DNA of 59,140 bases, the filler included, from Sphacelaria rigidula (Eukaryota), in NCBI GenBank assembly GCA_964200075.2. It is 3 parts of 3 records of this genome, joined end to end, with 100 filler letters (N's around TTAATTAATTAA, not from the genome) between each part and the next. Parts side by side here need not be neighbours in the genome. Positions count along the whole stretch, not along the records: positions 1 to 19,650 come from CAXNAA020000634.1; positions 19,751 to 39,396 come from CAXNAA020000635.1; 1 more part is not named here. One strand, given 5' to 3'. How positions within the stretch are numbered: position 1 is the first letter of the stretch; each line of letters begins with the position of its first letter. The position numbers and the translations under genes were made by a program. The notes beneath the pieces are model-generated. The model was not told where the DNA came from and did no database searches. It was given only the letters and a program-made list of their open reading frames with translations. This document shows, piece after piece, positions 12,500 through 25,400 of this stretch.

Positions 12500-13960
12500 C
12501 TCCGCCTGCTAATGGAGATTCTCAATTGCTTGTGAATTTCGCATTAGTATTTCAGCAAAAATTCAAACGACCGTTTACGAGGTTTCAATATCGGAACATC
12601 TGCACAAAAATTAGCCACAAATTTCGAACATCTTGCAGATGGTACTTCAAATCGACAGCGTCGAAGCTACTGATTGTTTACCTTCATTTCAGACTGCCCC
12701 ACCTGTTCTCGACATTCTCCCACCACATCGTCATGCTTGCCCCTTGCGGCATTGGCAAATAACCACGCATCTGTTCATTCAATACCATTCCAATTGCCTC
12801 GTCAGTACGCATGCATCCTGGCGATTCTTGTTGACAAAGATGATCTTCGCTTTTCCTTGTTCAACTGTGTCTCCTCTAACGTGGTCTTCTATTTCGGTGT
12901 AACCAGTCCTTTTTTCTTGCGTTGAGGTCGTTGATCGTTTCGATGGCTCTTGCCTGTCTTTCTTAATGGGGGTGAGGTACCCGTCCATGTTGGCCATAGC
13001 AAGCTCTTGTACTTGTCGTGGGGACAACGCCTCTTTCAGGACTTCCCCCGTGGCAACGCTCTCTACTTCTGCTAATGTTGTCTTTGCCCTGATCTTTTGC
13101 GTTCGAATGAAGAAGCTCATAATAGCACAATCTAGTATGAGGGCTGCTCCTGACACCGCTCGCATGATGTTCACACACGTGTCATGGTCGCGTTGATGTA
13201 GTACTCCACCATATCCACATCATCGGCGGTACGTTCTACATTCTCTTATCTCGTCGTGACTGCCAGAGCTTGAAGAATGTTCACAACTGCCTTCCAGTGG
13301 GGAATCCCCCGGATTATCGCGGAACTTCGACCCCGTGCTTGTGGATGCGGTGATATCTGGGCGTGTCGTTAGAGAACGGCAACATCATCGTTGCCATTGA
13401 ATCCTTCGCATAGTAGTACTCCTCTCATCACTTTTACCTCCTCCGGCGTTCGCGGTCCATCGTCCTTTGACAAGAACGGTCTGTCGGTCGACGCCGGTGA
13501 CTTGCTTGTTTCAAATACGGTAAAGCTTCCCCAGAATGGTCTGGTTTGTTCAGGTTTTGATCCGATCGAAGCTTTCTCCTCGCCCGGTTCCTAGTACTCA
13601 ATTTGCGTCGCCCACGTTTTTGGTTACGAGCGTCAAACGCAGATCCTCCACGAAATGTTCATGTTTTCGAACTGCGGCTAAAACAGTTGCGAGAATATTG
13701 TCCACGTTTATGACAAATAGCATCTCGACACTACCATCGAACAAGTTTTCGAAGCAAGCAGGGGTCTCCTGGCGATGTGTCAAAGTCCAGCTCGTTTATT
13801 GCATCCACAAGCTTATTTTGTCAGCACCGGCCCGCCTGCACAAGGCCGCACTTTCTTGCTATCTTTCCAACGGTTCCTTTAAATTCTTGCTATTCTTTCG
13901 GGACCTCAAAATAGATGTATTCGCCCACAGGTCGCCGCTCCCCGGCGGTCGAATGTTTTG
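12500..13960 (-). mobile_element. Degenerate Ty1/Copia LTR retrotransposon remnant (RT and RNase H)
   Basis: Minus-strand fragments occur in Copia order: FVINVDNIL...LVTKNVGDA (YVDD...KDLG), TTRPDI...HWKAVVNIL, RAVSGAAL...IMSFFIRTQK...LAEVESVATGEVLKEAL (RNase H) and AVDLKYHL. Stops and frameshifts are present. Confidence 0.8.
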
Positions 13961-14459
13961 CAATTGACGTCAACAGGTCGGCAAAATGTGGGTTCTATTC
14001 CCGCCAGACGCACTCAGTTTGGGCTTTCATGCGACACATCTGATATCCGTGTTTGAAAACATGGGGACGAGAGTAGCGAAAATAGATTTTTCGACTGAGT
14101 TTGTTTGCAGAGGTTCGACGTGGTACCGGAGTGCTGATGATCATGATCCAACCTTCGATACCAAAATGTAAGACGTGTACCGGGGGAGAGATGGGATCAT
14201 CCTCCAACACCACGGACTCGTCCCGAGGACGGGGAAGGCTCATGTGTGAAAGAAAAAGAGTGATAATAAGGAGCTGAAGATATTAGTTCTAAACATCCAG
14301 TTGACATGGCTTCCAGATCTCACTAGCTCTGGCCGCCGTCAAAACCCTGCCCCTGAAGCTCGAAATTATGTGAACAGTCTCCGTGAAGCACGAGCCCTTT
14401 GTTAAACAAGCTCGCATTGCGGGAAGGGCATCCAGGTAGCACTCGCAGAATTGACACTA

Positions 14460-14889
14460 AACACGGGATTTTACAAATTGGGGATAGATTTTCGTTGGGG
14501 ATGAGAATCCGGAGAACTAAAATCTTCGTATTTACACCAACTCTTCGTAATATGGTTCCATTTCTTCACTTGCTGGTCGCTGTTGACAACTACTACACGC
14601 CATACGGATTTGGATATCGATACCCGAAATCTTGGGGTCCTCGGTCAAAAACCGATTGTGGAGAATTTAGGTGATCCGATCGGACCTCAAAATTGGTTTT
14701 TGACCTAGGACCCCAACATTTCGGTTATCGATATCCAAATTTGCACGGCGTGTAGTAGTTGACAGCAGCTACCAGCAAGTGAAGAAATGAAACCATATTT
14801 CGAAGTTTTGGAGTGGATACGAAGATTTTTGTTCTACGAGTTCTCATCCTCGATAAAAAATCTATCCTCAATTTGTAAAATCCCGTGTT
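14460..14889. repeat. 430-bp fold-back inverted repeat (MITE or hairpin)
   Basis: Arms of about 195 bp, AACACGGGATTTTACAAATTG... / ...CAATTTGTAAAATCCCGTGTT, complementary throughout with mismatches and a short central spacer. Confidence 0.9.
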
Positions 14890-17800
14890 GCTAAGAGTGT
14901 GACGATACCTCCCGATAAGATCTCTAGGGTTGACCGTTAATAAAAAGAATCAGTATATTTGTGGCAAGTGGCAGTTGAACACCCTCTGTGGTACGTCACT
15001 AGCCGTGGGAATGCAGATGAGTGATGCTCTTGAAACAGCGGTACACCAAATGGTATGGTGTACTAAGATGTGTGCAATGTGAGGCTGTGGTTCAATGCGT
15101 TTTCATGAGTTTATTGACGGCTTTGTGGACGCACGCGGGCTTGCTCTCCTGCTCGTACCCTTCTATTTCGCTGCAACATTCTAGTCTTCCAGAGAATAAC
15201 ATCTTCACATAAACTTGAATGCTTCTCGCGACTACTCTGTTCGACACTGTGCCTGCTGAGCCGAACCAGGCATCTAGCGAAGCCACGGGTCGTGATCCAC
15301 CACCAATCAGCGCAGTGTCCAAAAGATGGGAGGCTCGGGTTTAAATATTATTGTAGGGTATGCAAATTTTGCAACGATGGACTTTGGCCAAAAACAGGTC
15401 AGCACGTGTTTGCCGCTGCCAATGCCACGGTTGCCGACACCACGGTCGCCCGACCCCGGTGGCATCCCCCCCTCCCTCTCTGCTCGCGCTTCCGTGTCCG
15501 GGGTCCCCCTCGGCGGCACCTGCGCCGTTGTAACGAGTGCCGTCCCCTTCCCGACCGCGCGTCCTTCTCGGGCCTAAGATATAGACATCTCGCTCATTCG
15601 ACCTTCGAGCTCGGCTGACCGCCGCCGCTCCACCACCGCTCCGGCCGGCCCCAAGACCCTGGACCGTCGCCGCCACTGCCGGGCTCGCCTGCATCGCTAT
15701 CGCTGGCCGCGCCTACAATCATTACCCCCCATCGCGGCCACGCCGCGACTGAGCACGCCAGTACCGCCGGACATGCCTTCTGGGAAGCCCTCCAGCACCA
15801 ACGCGATACTGAAGTAGGCAATAAAGGGACGAGTGGCCATCTCTGGTGCTGCTATCCGCGCTATCTCAATATCGCGGGGGGTTTAAAGCGAGGCATCGTT
15901 GGTCTCCGCCGGTACACGCGCTCCTGGCGCCATACGTGGTGAGTGCGGGGCTTTTATCGCCAGCAACCGCCCCTGCCGTCTTGCGCTTCACGAGGGGGCG
16001 GGGCGTCACCGTATCAACCTTCATCGCGGGGCCCGCGGGCGTCTTTCGCTTTTGTGTCTGTTCCCGTGGATATCATTCTCATCGCGTCCGGTGTTCCCTG
16101 CACGGTGGGGTCTGTGTAGCGGTCGAGCCTTGACGTTTCCTATACATAGGCGGGCCAGTGCACTCGGCTCCACGAGTCAATCCGCTGGTCGGGCGGGGGA
16201 GGCGGACGTCGACTGAAAACCATGGTGGGCTGCGCTGCTCCTCTCGTCGCCGGTGGGTCAGGATGTCGGTAACGGTCTGCTGCGACTGCTGTAACTCCTT
16301 CGGCCGGTGACCTGATGAGATTTGTACACCCGTGGGAGCAATGCTCCTGCCGCCAGCGACACCACTACCTACCGCTGGCGGTCTAGCGGAGTCACCAACA
16401 GACAGGTGGGGGCTATTCCGCCCCACTCACAATCGCTTCGATTGTGAATGTAATCTGTTCGGCGCTGAGTCGCTCCCGTTGACTACACCCTTGCCTATTT
16501 TCTTCGCCAAGTGCATGCTGGGCGTCTCCGGTGCTCACTGCAGCTCCGCCAAAACAATAATTCTCTAGATTTACGCACCGTCGAGCCGCCTCGAGAAATC
16601 CTGCGGGAATCCCGACGCCACATCTTGTAGCAGCCTTGATCTTCCTGGAGACCTGACTTCTCCGTGGTGGCTATCCTGGGGCTGCCCTTCTCCATCGGGG
16701 TCGGCGTCTCCCATCGCCTAGCTGGTGCTATTCATATTCAGTGACTTACGTGTTTATAACGTCCATCCGTTCTTACTCTTCCACTATATCCAGAATATAT
16801 CGAGAATATACCACGTTTCTATTGAATAACAGGCAGATATACGTCTCATACGGAAGTGTCCAGTACATTCTGTTGAATTTGATGGAGTGTTCAGCTAAAC
16901 ATAGTCCGACATCGGGGATAATATAGGTGCCAGAGTATGTCTATATCAAACACAAGCATAAGCGTCCGTCGGAAGACTGTTTCACCGGGAAAGATTCAGG
17001 GACGTCCCTCTACAACGAATGTCTGGTCACCTCGAGTTGCACGTGTTCGGTTACTGGAGTATTGCCGTGTTCTTGCGAACGGGGATGGAACTACGCCTCT
17101 CCCTCGTTTCATCCGTGTCATGCCGACGTTGCACCGTGCAGTGATATTGATCGTTCAGCGTCGAGCACTCACATGGCATCATCGTAGGCCACTTGTCAAG
17201 ATGTTACATGAGAAAAGGAATATGTCTGGGGTATCCAAAGAGCGGATTTAGGCCAAATACAGGCATACACACTGGAACAGACAAACCTTGCAGGTTGCTT
17301 GACAATTCGGTTGGAATTGCAATTTCAGACGGTAGCTAAATGATTTTTATCTCATTTCTTGATGAGTATCGCCTCCGTACGTATTAGCACAATACATTCT
17401 TGCAGCGTCATGAGATGCATCAGACTTCAGGGTGTCAAACACTGTGCTCACTGTAGACTCTGTTGTCGAAAATAGGGTACGGGTACCCCCCGTCAACGCC
17501 AACGTTTCGCCCAGCGCGTGAACCTACAGGACACGCAAAAGGGCATTCTTGAACCGCCAACCTCCAAATCGCGGATTCTCCAGCAGGCCGCTAATGGGTG
17601 CGGAAGTGGGGACTATGAATTGACAAAAAGGAAGAATATGAAAGACGTCGGAAAATTTCTCGTTACGTCGAAGACAACATCGCCAATCGCATAGATTGTA
17701 GCCACAAATATTCGTACGGAACAGACTAGCATGGCGACATGTGTAGAAAGGGATGGGAAAGAGGGCATTAGGAGGATATTGGACCTCCACCACTACAACA

Positions 17801-19150
17801 TCATTCAGAACCCTCATACGCGGGGGACTAGGAATTACCCTCCCAGTTCTGAGTGATACGCGAGTCAGAAAATGTTTCCCGCTGTCATTAGCGGGGGTAA
17901 CTCAGCAAGATGTTTCCAACGACATATTTCTCGGCTACAGGTCTGCCGCAGATACGATAATATCTAGCTTTGGCCCCTTGTTCCCCCATGTGACTTTGTC
18001 CGTATAGCATCTACACGCCAATCAACATGGCAGGATGTGTCCCGAGCTGTGCAAGACCACTCCACGGAACAAGACACCACCTACATGAATCTGCTGTACA
18101 CAACGGAAATAGAGATTGAAGGCGCCGAATTTCCCTGTCAAACGTCAACAAAGAGCGTACAATCTGATGAAAGTATTTTGATGGAAACGGCAAGCACAAC
18201 AAGACCACTCGACTGGATAAACGAGACGGCGGCGACAAAAAAACAGCAGCAACGGCATCAAGGCCTATTTCCTAACCGTGGAAATACGGTTTCGAAAACG
18301 AGACAGATCATGTTTCGTGCATGCTCAACAGCATCCTGAGCCAAGTATTAGTGAGGTAAACTGATAGAACCAACAACTCCTGAAACGCCTACGGAGCACC
18401 GCACAGTTGTAGATTGGGCGACGCCTCCGCCAGCACGCAGTCGGACAATTAGTACGGCAACGACCCGTCAGGTAGCGAACAAGCGGGGAGAACAGCGCCC
18501 GTAAAAGCAACGGAAATTGAAGCCGGGTAGTGTGCAGAACGGTGGGACGCGTCTTAGGCGTTTTCCTCATCCCGACGAGACGCAGCATGAGCTAGTGGAC
18601 ACCCGAATCGTCCGATGATAAGCATCCTAATTCGCTACGGGAGCCTCCAGATCCATAGATACTAATCTGTTGATTGCAATCACCTGTGCATTGTTTGTAC
18701 GTGTACAATCCAATAACAAGTGTTGGCAAACAATGTAGCACAGGAAGCGGTGGGGGGCGGAAGACAACATGGAGGAGAGCTGAGGGGGTGGCCCGAGGAA
18801 TGTCATCGAGCCAAGCCAGTGGCTGAAACCTCTTGCGTGGGATGTTGTACGGGATCAACAACACCACCGTGTTGACGGTGTGCCCACCAAGATCGATCGA
18901 TTAGGGAGTGAATAAGTGAATCATCAACCACTGACTACTTGCACTTGTGCACACTCTTGACCCAGCGTCTACACCGCATGCCGTACACACCTTCAGCTCA
19001 CAAGTAGCGCAGAAAAACAACCGCTCACACTGCAGGCGAATAAGTGATAAGGGAATCGTGGACGGACCGCTCTTTCTTCCGGTTCAAATCGTTGGGGGAG
19101 CACAAAGCTGTAGGAACGAAAAGGTCACTCACTGGTTCTTGAAACAGTCA

Positions 19151-19390
19151 AAGAGTCATCCTACGATAGCGTGAGGGGGGGTATTTGATTGCACGAACAA
19201 AGGGGCTCATAGGTGTGTCAGACGATCTGCCATACTCGTGAAGCGCTAGTATTTGATTTTGAACGGTCTCAACCACTGTGGAAGAGCGTTATATATCTAT
19301 AAAAAGCTCGTTCGAACAACCGTTGCTGCTTTCAACAACGATTTGGCTTGGAAATTCGTGCAAGAAGTGGCCCAAAATACCCCCCCCCCC
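19151..19390. repeat. Same MITE family, copy 3 (reverse orientation)
   Basis: The reverse complement aligns along its length with 13-258. Confidence 0.8.
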
Positions 19391-19407
19391 AATATATATA
19401 TATATAT

Positions 19408-19650
19408 ATCGCAATATTTCGATATCTTACAAGGAGTTGCACAAGGATGTACGTTATCACCCACTTTGTTCAAGGTATTATTCATTAATGACTTGATAAT
19501 AGCAATAGAAGCAGCAGAGCAAGGGGTTCAGGTGGGTGAAGATATGGTATCAGGATTAGATATGGTATCAGGATTGATGTTCGCTGATGATTTTGTGGGG
19601 ATTTCAGGAACACCAGAAGGACTACAGACACAGATAAACAAGGCGCTAGA
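19408..19650 (+). mobile_element. Non-LTR retrotransposon (LINE) reverse transcriptase fragment, cut by an assembly gap
   Basis: GVAQGCTLSPTLF..FINDL and LMFADDFV motifs. It contains an 18-bp tandem duplication (GATATGGTATCAGGATT[A/G]). Confidence 0.88.
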
Positions 19651-19750
19651 NNNNNNNNNNNNNNNNNNNNNNNNNNNNNNNNNNNNNNNNNNNNTTAATT
19701 AATTAANNNNNNNNNNNNNNNNNNNNNNNNNNNNNNNNNNNNNNNNNNNN
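19651..19750. other. Assembly gap with artificial six-frame-stop linker
   Basis: 44 N + TTAATTAATTAA + 44 N. Confidence 0.97.
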
Positions 19751-22464
19751 TCTGTTTGTGTTTTTGTGTAGCCGGTCGTGGGCGGGGGGGGAGGGGGGGG
19801 GGGGGGGGGGGGGGGGGGTGGGGGGGGGGGGGGGACATAGGGTCTCGGAGGATTTTTTTCGGGCACTCTCGGTGAAGCGGCTGAATTTTGGAGTAACATC
19901 AAGGCTGCGCGGAGCCCTGTAGAGGGGATGTAGATGAACATCAGTTCACCTTATTACGATGTACTGTACACCAGTGCGGAGACACCTAAAGCTGATTGCA
20001 AAGGCCTGCATGGTGGTTTTGTTCCAGCGTCCAGAATGTTATGGAGGCCAGACAAAGGGGCGGGGTGGGCGAGGGGATGGACGAAGACAAAAATATGTAC
20101 ACCACCCTTTTAAAAGTACGAAAAATTCCGGCGAGCTTGTTCATCTCAGAACTGATGAAACTCCTGTCTTGACCCTCCTGCGTGAATCCGGCTGATGCAC
20201 CCCCCATTACTGGAAGATATAGGCAGGCGTCCAGAGTAGATAGGATGGCAACACACACACGGTCACACCCTGAAATTCCATTTGTTCATCTTCATTCATA
20301 TGGTAACATGCATAGTAACCCCTCCTCGGCCTTGCCCCCCTACCCCTACCCCGAATACCCACTCCGTGCTTCAAATATCTTTCTGGATAATGAGCATCAC
20401 ACCCCCCCCAACCACCCGTCAAAACGCCATGAAAACCATCACCCTTTCCATTCTAAACATCAGCAGACCTTCGTACGACTGCTATACTTGCTGGCAAATC
20501 AAGAATGACTACAGTACAATGCACAGCTCACACTTGCTACACTTGGAATACGAGAGCAACTAAACAGCGTACTTTGAAGTACATGCATGCGATAGAACTA
20601 CAATAATACGCCGTCATGCAAGATACACGAAATAGCACGTGCTGAATAAACACCTCAACCGGCGAGCTCGATCTTCCTAGAACCGGCGGATGTTCTGTAC
20701 CTGATCCAACGGTGGATACTCCTCTAACTGTCGTGACCTTTAATTTGACTTCATCTGGTGTCGACTGCTCACCCCCTGACTTGGAACGCCAGTCCGAGGC
20801 GGCGTGGATCTTTGCTTCGACATGGGAGACACAGTATTGGTTGTTTCGCAGACGGCATCATGCCTCCAACCAATCCGCACTGATCGCTTGCACCATGAGC
20901 GAACCGAACAGTTGTGAGGCACACCAACAAACGAAACCTTACCAGCAGTAACGGTCTCGACCAATAAACGATACCCGACACTGGTTCACAGGACTACTTT
21001 GTGTTTACATCGCAGTGCCTCCCCGGTGCACGCCGAAAATATGCGCAGAACTCACAGTACTAAACAGCAAAAAAATAGTCTATGCTAACAGGATGACACG
21101 CCCCCACATAGCCGTCCTCTGCTTGCTTCTGGATCGTCCCACATAGCGCGTCCTCGACTACCCCCGAATCACGGGTCTCAACTGATGATATAGATGAACA
21201 TGAGATTCGACGCATTGCGGAGCACCCACCAGCCTCGTCAGTTGGACCACGTTTTGCTGTTGCTGCATGTGACGGTGGAAAATCGGGCCAAGCAAAGTGT
21301 CGGCGTCGACAGCCGCAAAGCCCCTGGCCCTCGCAGCGAGGTTCATCGGAACCAAACTGAAAGCATCAATACCGGAACCACACCACCTAGCCACGTATTT
21401 CTCATCGCGTGCAACAATTCCAACCTGACGGACACAAGAGTTCCCTCGTTCTCGACAAACATAGCACCCCTCTGTCCGACAGTCGCGTCTACTGATTCTG
21501 CCCATTACACTTACCACCGTTCTCCGCATCACGTCACCGGTGGGACCTGGTATCGTTGATCCTCGGTCACGTGAAGCCTCGCAAGGCCTTCTCCGCGGGC
21601 ACTACACACTGCCGAATAATGCTTTCGTCTACAGGTACACGTTCGCGGACGGAAGTAACCCGCTCGACCCCGCCGTCGCCACAAACACCGAACGAACGCC
21701 ACGGATCCATCTTCTCAACACCCCAAATAAGTGCATCCGCGTCTGTCATCCGAATACAATCAAGTGGACCAACCCCCGAGGAAAAACAATCGTGACCATT
21801 TCTACATGCCCACAAGCTCTTGCTCTGGACCGATTGGTCCCTTCTTCCCTGCCACCTTCGTGTATTCCATCACGTACACAGCTGCTGCTCTGTTGGGAAC
21901 CCGGCCATAGTAGTGACGAATCTGTGGTCTCCATGATCTGGCCGTGCAGGAGCGGGACGATGGGTAGGGCGGCGGGGTCGGGGCGTGCTCAGCGCAAACC
22001 AAGAGAGTGTCGACAGAGGTGTGGATGAGATACGAAAACCTGCTAATAATGCCGAGTACCTGCAGTATACCGCAGCACCGCATCGCCATTTCTATTTTGC
22101 TTGGTTTAGTGCCGTGTCGGAAGACACCAACCGTGAGGCTACCTGTGTCCACTGGACGTTCCCCCATCTTCCTCTGGCATACTATTGTACTACACGGTCG
22201 CATTGCAACTTGGCGACAAATATGCCAATATTTGACTCAATGAACCGACGGGTTGTGTACGCATCTTGTGAGCCCTGCACGTTTCCGTGGATGCTGCGGT
22301 GTAAGTATATTTTCGGTGTTCAGTCTTCCGTCGTCATCCTGCACTCTTACCGTCACCTCGTCAAGCACCGCAGGCCACAAAACGGAGACTACAGTAGTGT
22401 GACACACGCGGGCGTTACATACTCTCCACCTTTACCTGGTCAGATTGATGGCCTCTAGTATTGC

Positions 22465-25400
22465 TCATGCTCTAGCGCGCGCCCGCGGTCCTCTCCGGAG
22501 ATTTACGCGAGGGGCACCGTTGCTTACAGCCGGGTCGGCCCTTGCAACAGCAGAGGCGGCGGCGGTCCCCACACCCCCTTCTCCTCCCCCAGCCCCGCTG
22601 CCGCGCTCTCTGGCTCTTCCCCTCCGGTGAGATGGCGCACTAGGTGCCATGGCAGGAGCGGTAGGAGCAGCATCGTTGCTACTGGTCCTCAGACTCCCTC
22701 CCCCCCCCCCAATCCCGCTGCCGCGCTCTCCGGCTCTTCCCCTCCGGTGAGATGGCGCACTAGGTGCCACGGCAGGAGCAGTAGGAGCAGCCTCGTTGCT
22801 ACTGGTCCTTAGACTCCCTGCCCCCCGCCCAGCCCCGCTGCCGCGCTCTCCGGCTCTTCTCCTCCGTTGAGATGGCGCACTAGGAGCCACAGTAGTAGCA
22901 GTAGGAGCAGCCTCGTTCCTACGCCTTACGCCGACTCTTGGAGGGAGGGGGGCGGGTCGGTTGTTCCGTGCCTCCCGTCGCTGTTGGCGCGGATCCGGAG
23001 CGTTTTGCCCCGAATTCCACCTTATCGTCTGTACCTACGAGCACGGGTTTATCGCCAAAAGACGAAAAGCACAACGGTAGGACGAGGGTGACGGTATTGC
23101 TGTAAGGGATTGGGGAATAATATGTATTCCCTCTGTTCCGGAATATAAGTTCGATTTGGATTTTCCAGAAATAAGTCCGGTTTCGCACTTGGGGGCGTTA
23201 GAAAAGGTATTTTTGCGCCTTTTTTTTCATCGTGCTCGGACAGGTAGTGCAATTGAAGAAGTGGCGAAAAACAGGGGACGACCAATTTTCATCCCCTTCC
23301 ATGATTTTTTTTCCCCGAGATGGATCTTCCAAATATCTGGCGGGTAAAGAAAACTAGCGTGTCGTTTTTTCTCCCGCACGGAGCGAGGAACAGTTTTTTT
23401 CCGACTTTTTTTTTTGTGTGAGGAAATACTACAGGGTGCCAAAATTGGGACCTTTCAAGCGAAAGAACAACGTGAAGGAAAAAAAAATGAAAAAAGGTGC
23501 TTTTTCCGGGAAAACAATGTGTTCGAGGTGGGAATCAAACTCGCGACTTCAAAGAAAGATCGCCACGTTTTTTTTTTGTGTTTCGTCCAAATCGGACTTA
23601 TATTCCGGAACAGAGGGAGTATGTATTTATTCGTGTGGCCTGTGTGGAAGTGGTCGTTCGTCACCCGGTAGTCAATTTTTTGTTTTTGGTTTGGTTTATC
23701 GCACTTTGGACCCTTTCCCTTTTGGGATGAGTCCGTGGTCTCAAGGGATCAACACATCTCTCCCCCGGTACACGCCTTGCATTTTGGGCTCGCGGGTTGG
23801 GTCAGCACTCTCGCACCGCGTCAAGTCATGTGCAACACGTTCAGTCAACTACCTTGTTTACTCACGTTCTCATGCTTTCCACGGCGGAAATCAAACATCG
23901 AGGGGAGAAATAACCCGACGCATCGGGAGTTGAACCCTCGTTCTCTCCACCCTAATGGCGACAGTCGGGCCACTTCTCCACTTACTGATTCACACATGTT
24001 TCGCTGTGTGATATTCGACTGCTGGCGCTCTTCAACCTCACTTGCGAAATAATAGAACGACTGATAGTACGTGGACAGCTTCCACACATGCGGTTGTATA
24101 CACCACAACACATGGGCAGCCGATACGCCATATTGTTCGCACCACCTTCCTATTTGGGGTCGCCCCGTTCGTCCTAAGCCAATACCACTCAATTCTTCCC
24201 AACCAGGCGACGAGAGCTTGCCTGCCGGGTTTCACGTTCGGGCCAGAGCTTGCTTTTGGATGTCAACATTTTTATTCTGCACTTCCAAAATCCATACGCT
24301 AAAGTATCACATCTAGGACGCCTTCACACTACTAGCATAATATCTTGCTGACGACGCTACCGGCCGATGGCAAAACCCACTGAACATGGTGCAGGGAATT
24401 TGATGTGAAAACAGCGACCATCACTATTGCCCACAGCAACATATCTCACCGGAGGAAACGAATCCTGGACACCCGAAGCGTTGGATGCCGGAGGAATGGC
24501 TGACCGACCGTCGCTCCCCGCTCCGGCCGTACAAGCTCGAGGAGCGATTGTCCTCACCCGTTTTTGTTGTACATCCGAAATTCCCGCGTGGGGGCGTTTG
24601 TTGCTGCTGTTGCTATTGCTGCTATTATTGTTGCTGTTGCTGCTGCTGTCATCGTCATCGTCGTCATCGTCGTCGTCGTCATCCTCCTCCGACATCGCAA
24701 GCAGGTCGACGATCTTGGCACGCACGCGCACATCCTGAGACGGCGAGAGGGCATCGGCAACGCAGAAGCGTCTCGTTCTCATGAGTTGTGGAAATGTTGT
24801 AACTAGACCAAGCACGGACAAGAAAACGGATTGACGGGAAGGATCCAGCAGAGTCGGCAACGGTTTACTTTCTGCAACTCGGCACCAAATGCCTGTCTCC
24901 TGCTACCAGCAAGACAGTCTTTAACAACACGGGATATTCTTTTTTGTGCCGGCTTCACACTCAACAGCAATAGCAGAAAATTAGGATAAATGTAGAAACC
25001 CCACAAGTGTGATAGATTTTGAGTAGCTGAGCCTGACCAACATATACTGAAGGACCTCCCAATCTAGTTCTGACACTACAGGAATCGGAAGGTGAACTTG
25101 CCAAATTTCTGCCTGTCAAGTGACCACGCTGCGTACAAACTTACGTCACGACAGCGTTGAAGAAGTGGCGGGACCTCTCTAACACGGCGGAAGCCCGCGG
25201 CGTCGATGTCGTCTTCCGCCTGTGAGTTGGACAGGGGGTCCAGCGGCACAGGGTCACTCAATTTTTCTACATGCGTTCGCCGCACTCGTTCGGAGTGCGG
25301 GAGGCACGCACCAGCAGTGATTAGTGGAGGAGGCCAAACACCTGAACAAGTACGAGAAACATCGTAAAGAACGAACAAAACTACCGAACCAAATCGAAAA

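Noticed and set aside
15300-16740. GC-rich region with many overlapping ORFs
   Set aside because: No recognisable domain or consistent splice structure. Probably an eroded retroelement ORF.
17980-18339. DFVRIAS...TEIEIEGAEF, faintly like a Polinton/Maverick integrase C-terminus
   Set aside because: The similarity is too weak, and no DDE core or other Polinton genes are visible.
19695-19706. TTAATTAATTAA palindrome, also at 39441-39452
   Set aside because: A synthetic scaffold linker embedded in Ns, not biological sequence.
20150-20200. CTGATGA words (also near 2558, 14134, 16312) as hammerhead ribozyme cores
   Set aside because: No properly spaced stem II plus GAAA and no flanking stems could be formed.
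20600-22450. Coding-like degenerate region, possible DIRS/tyrosine-recombinase remnant (KIHAASDWRS on minus)
   Set aside because: No convincing catalytic motifs, many stops; it cannot be assigned without a search.
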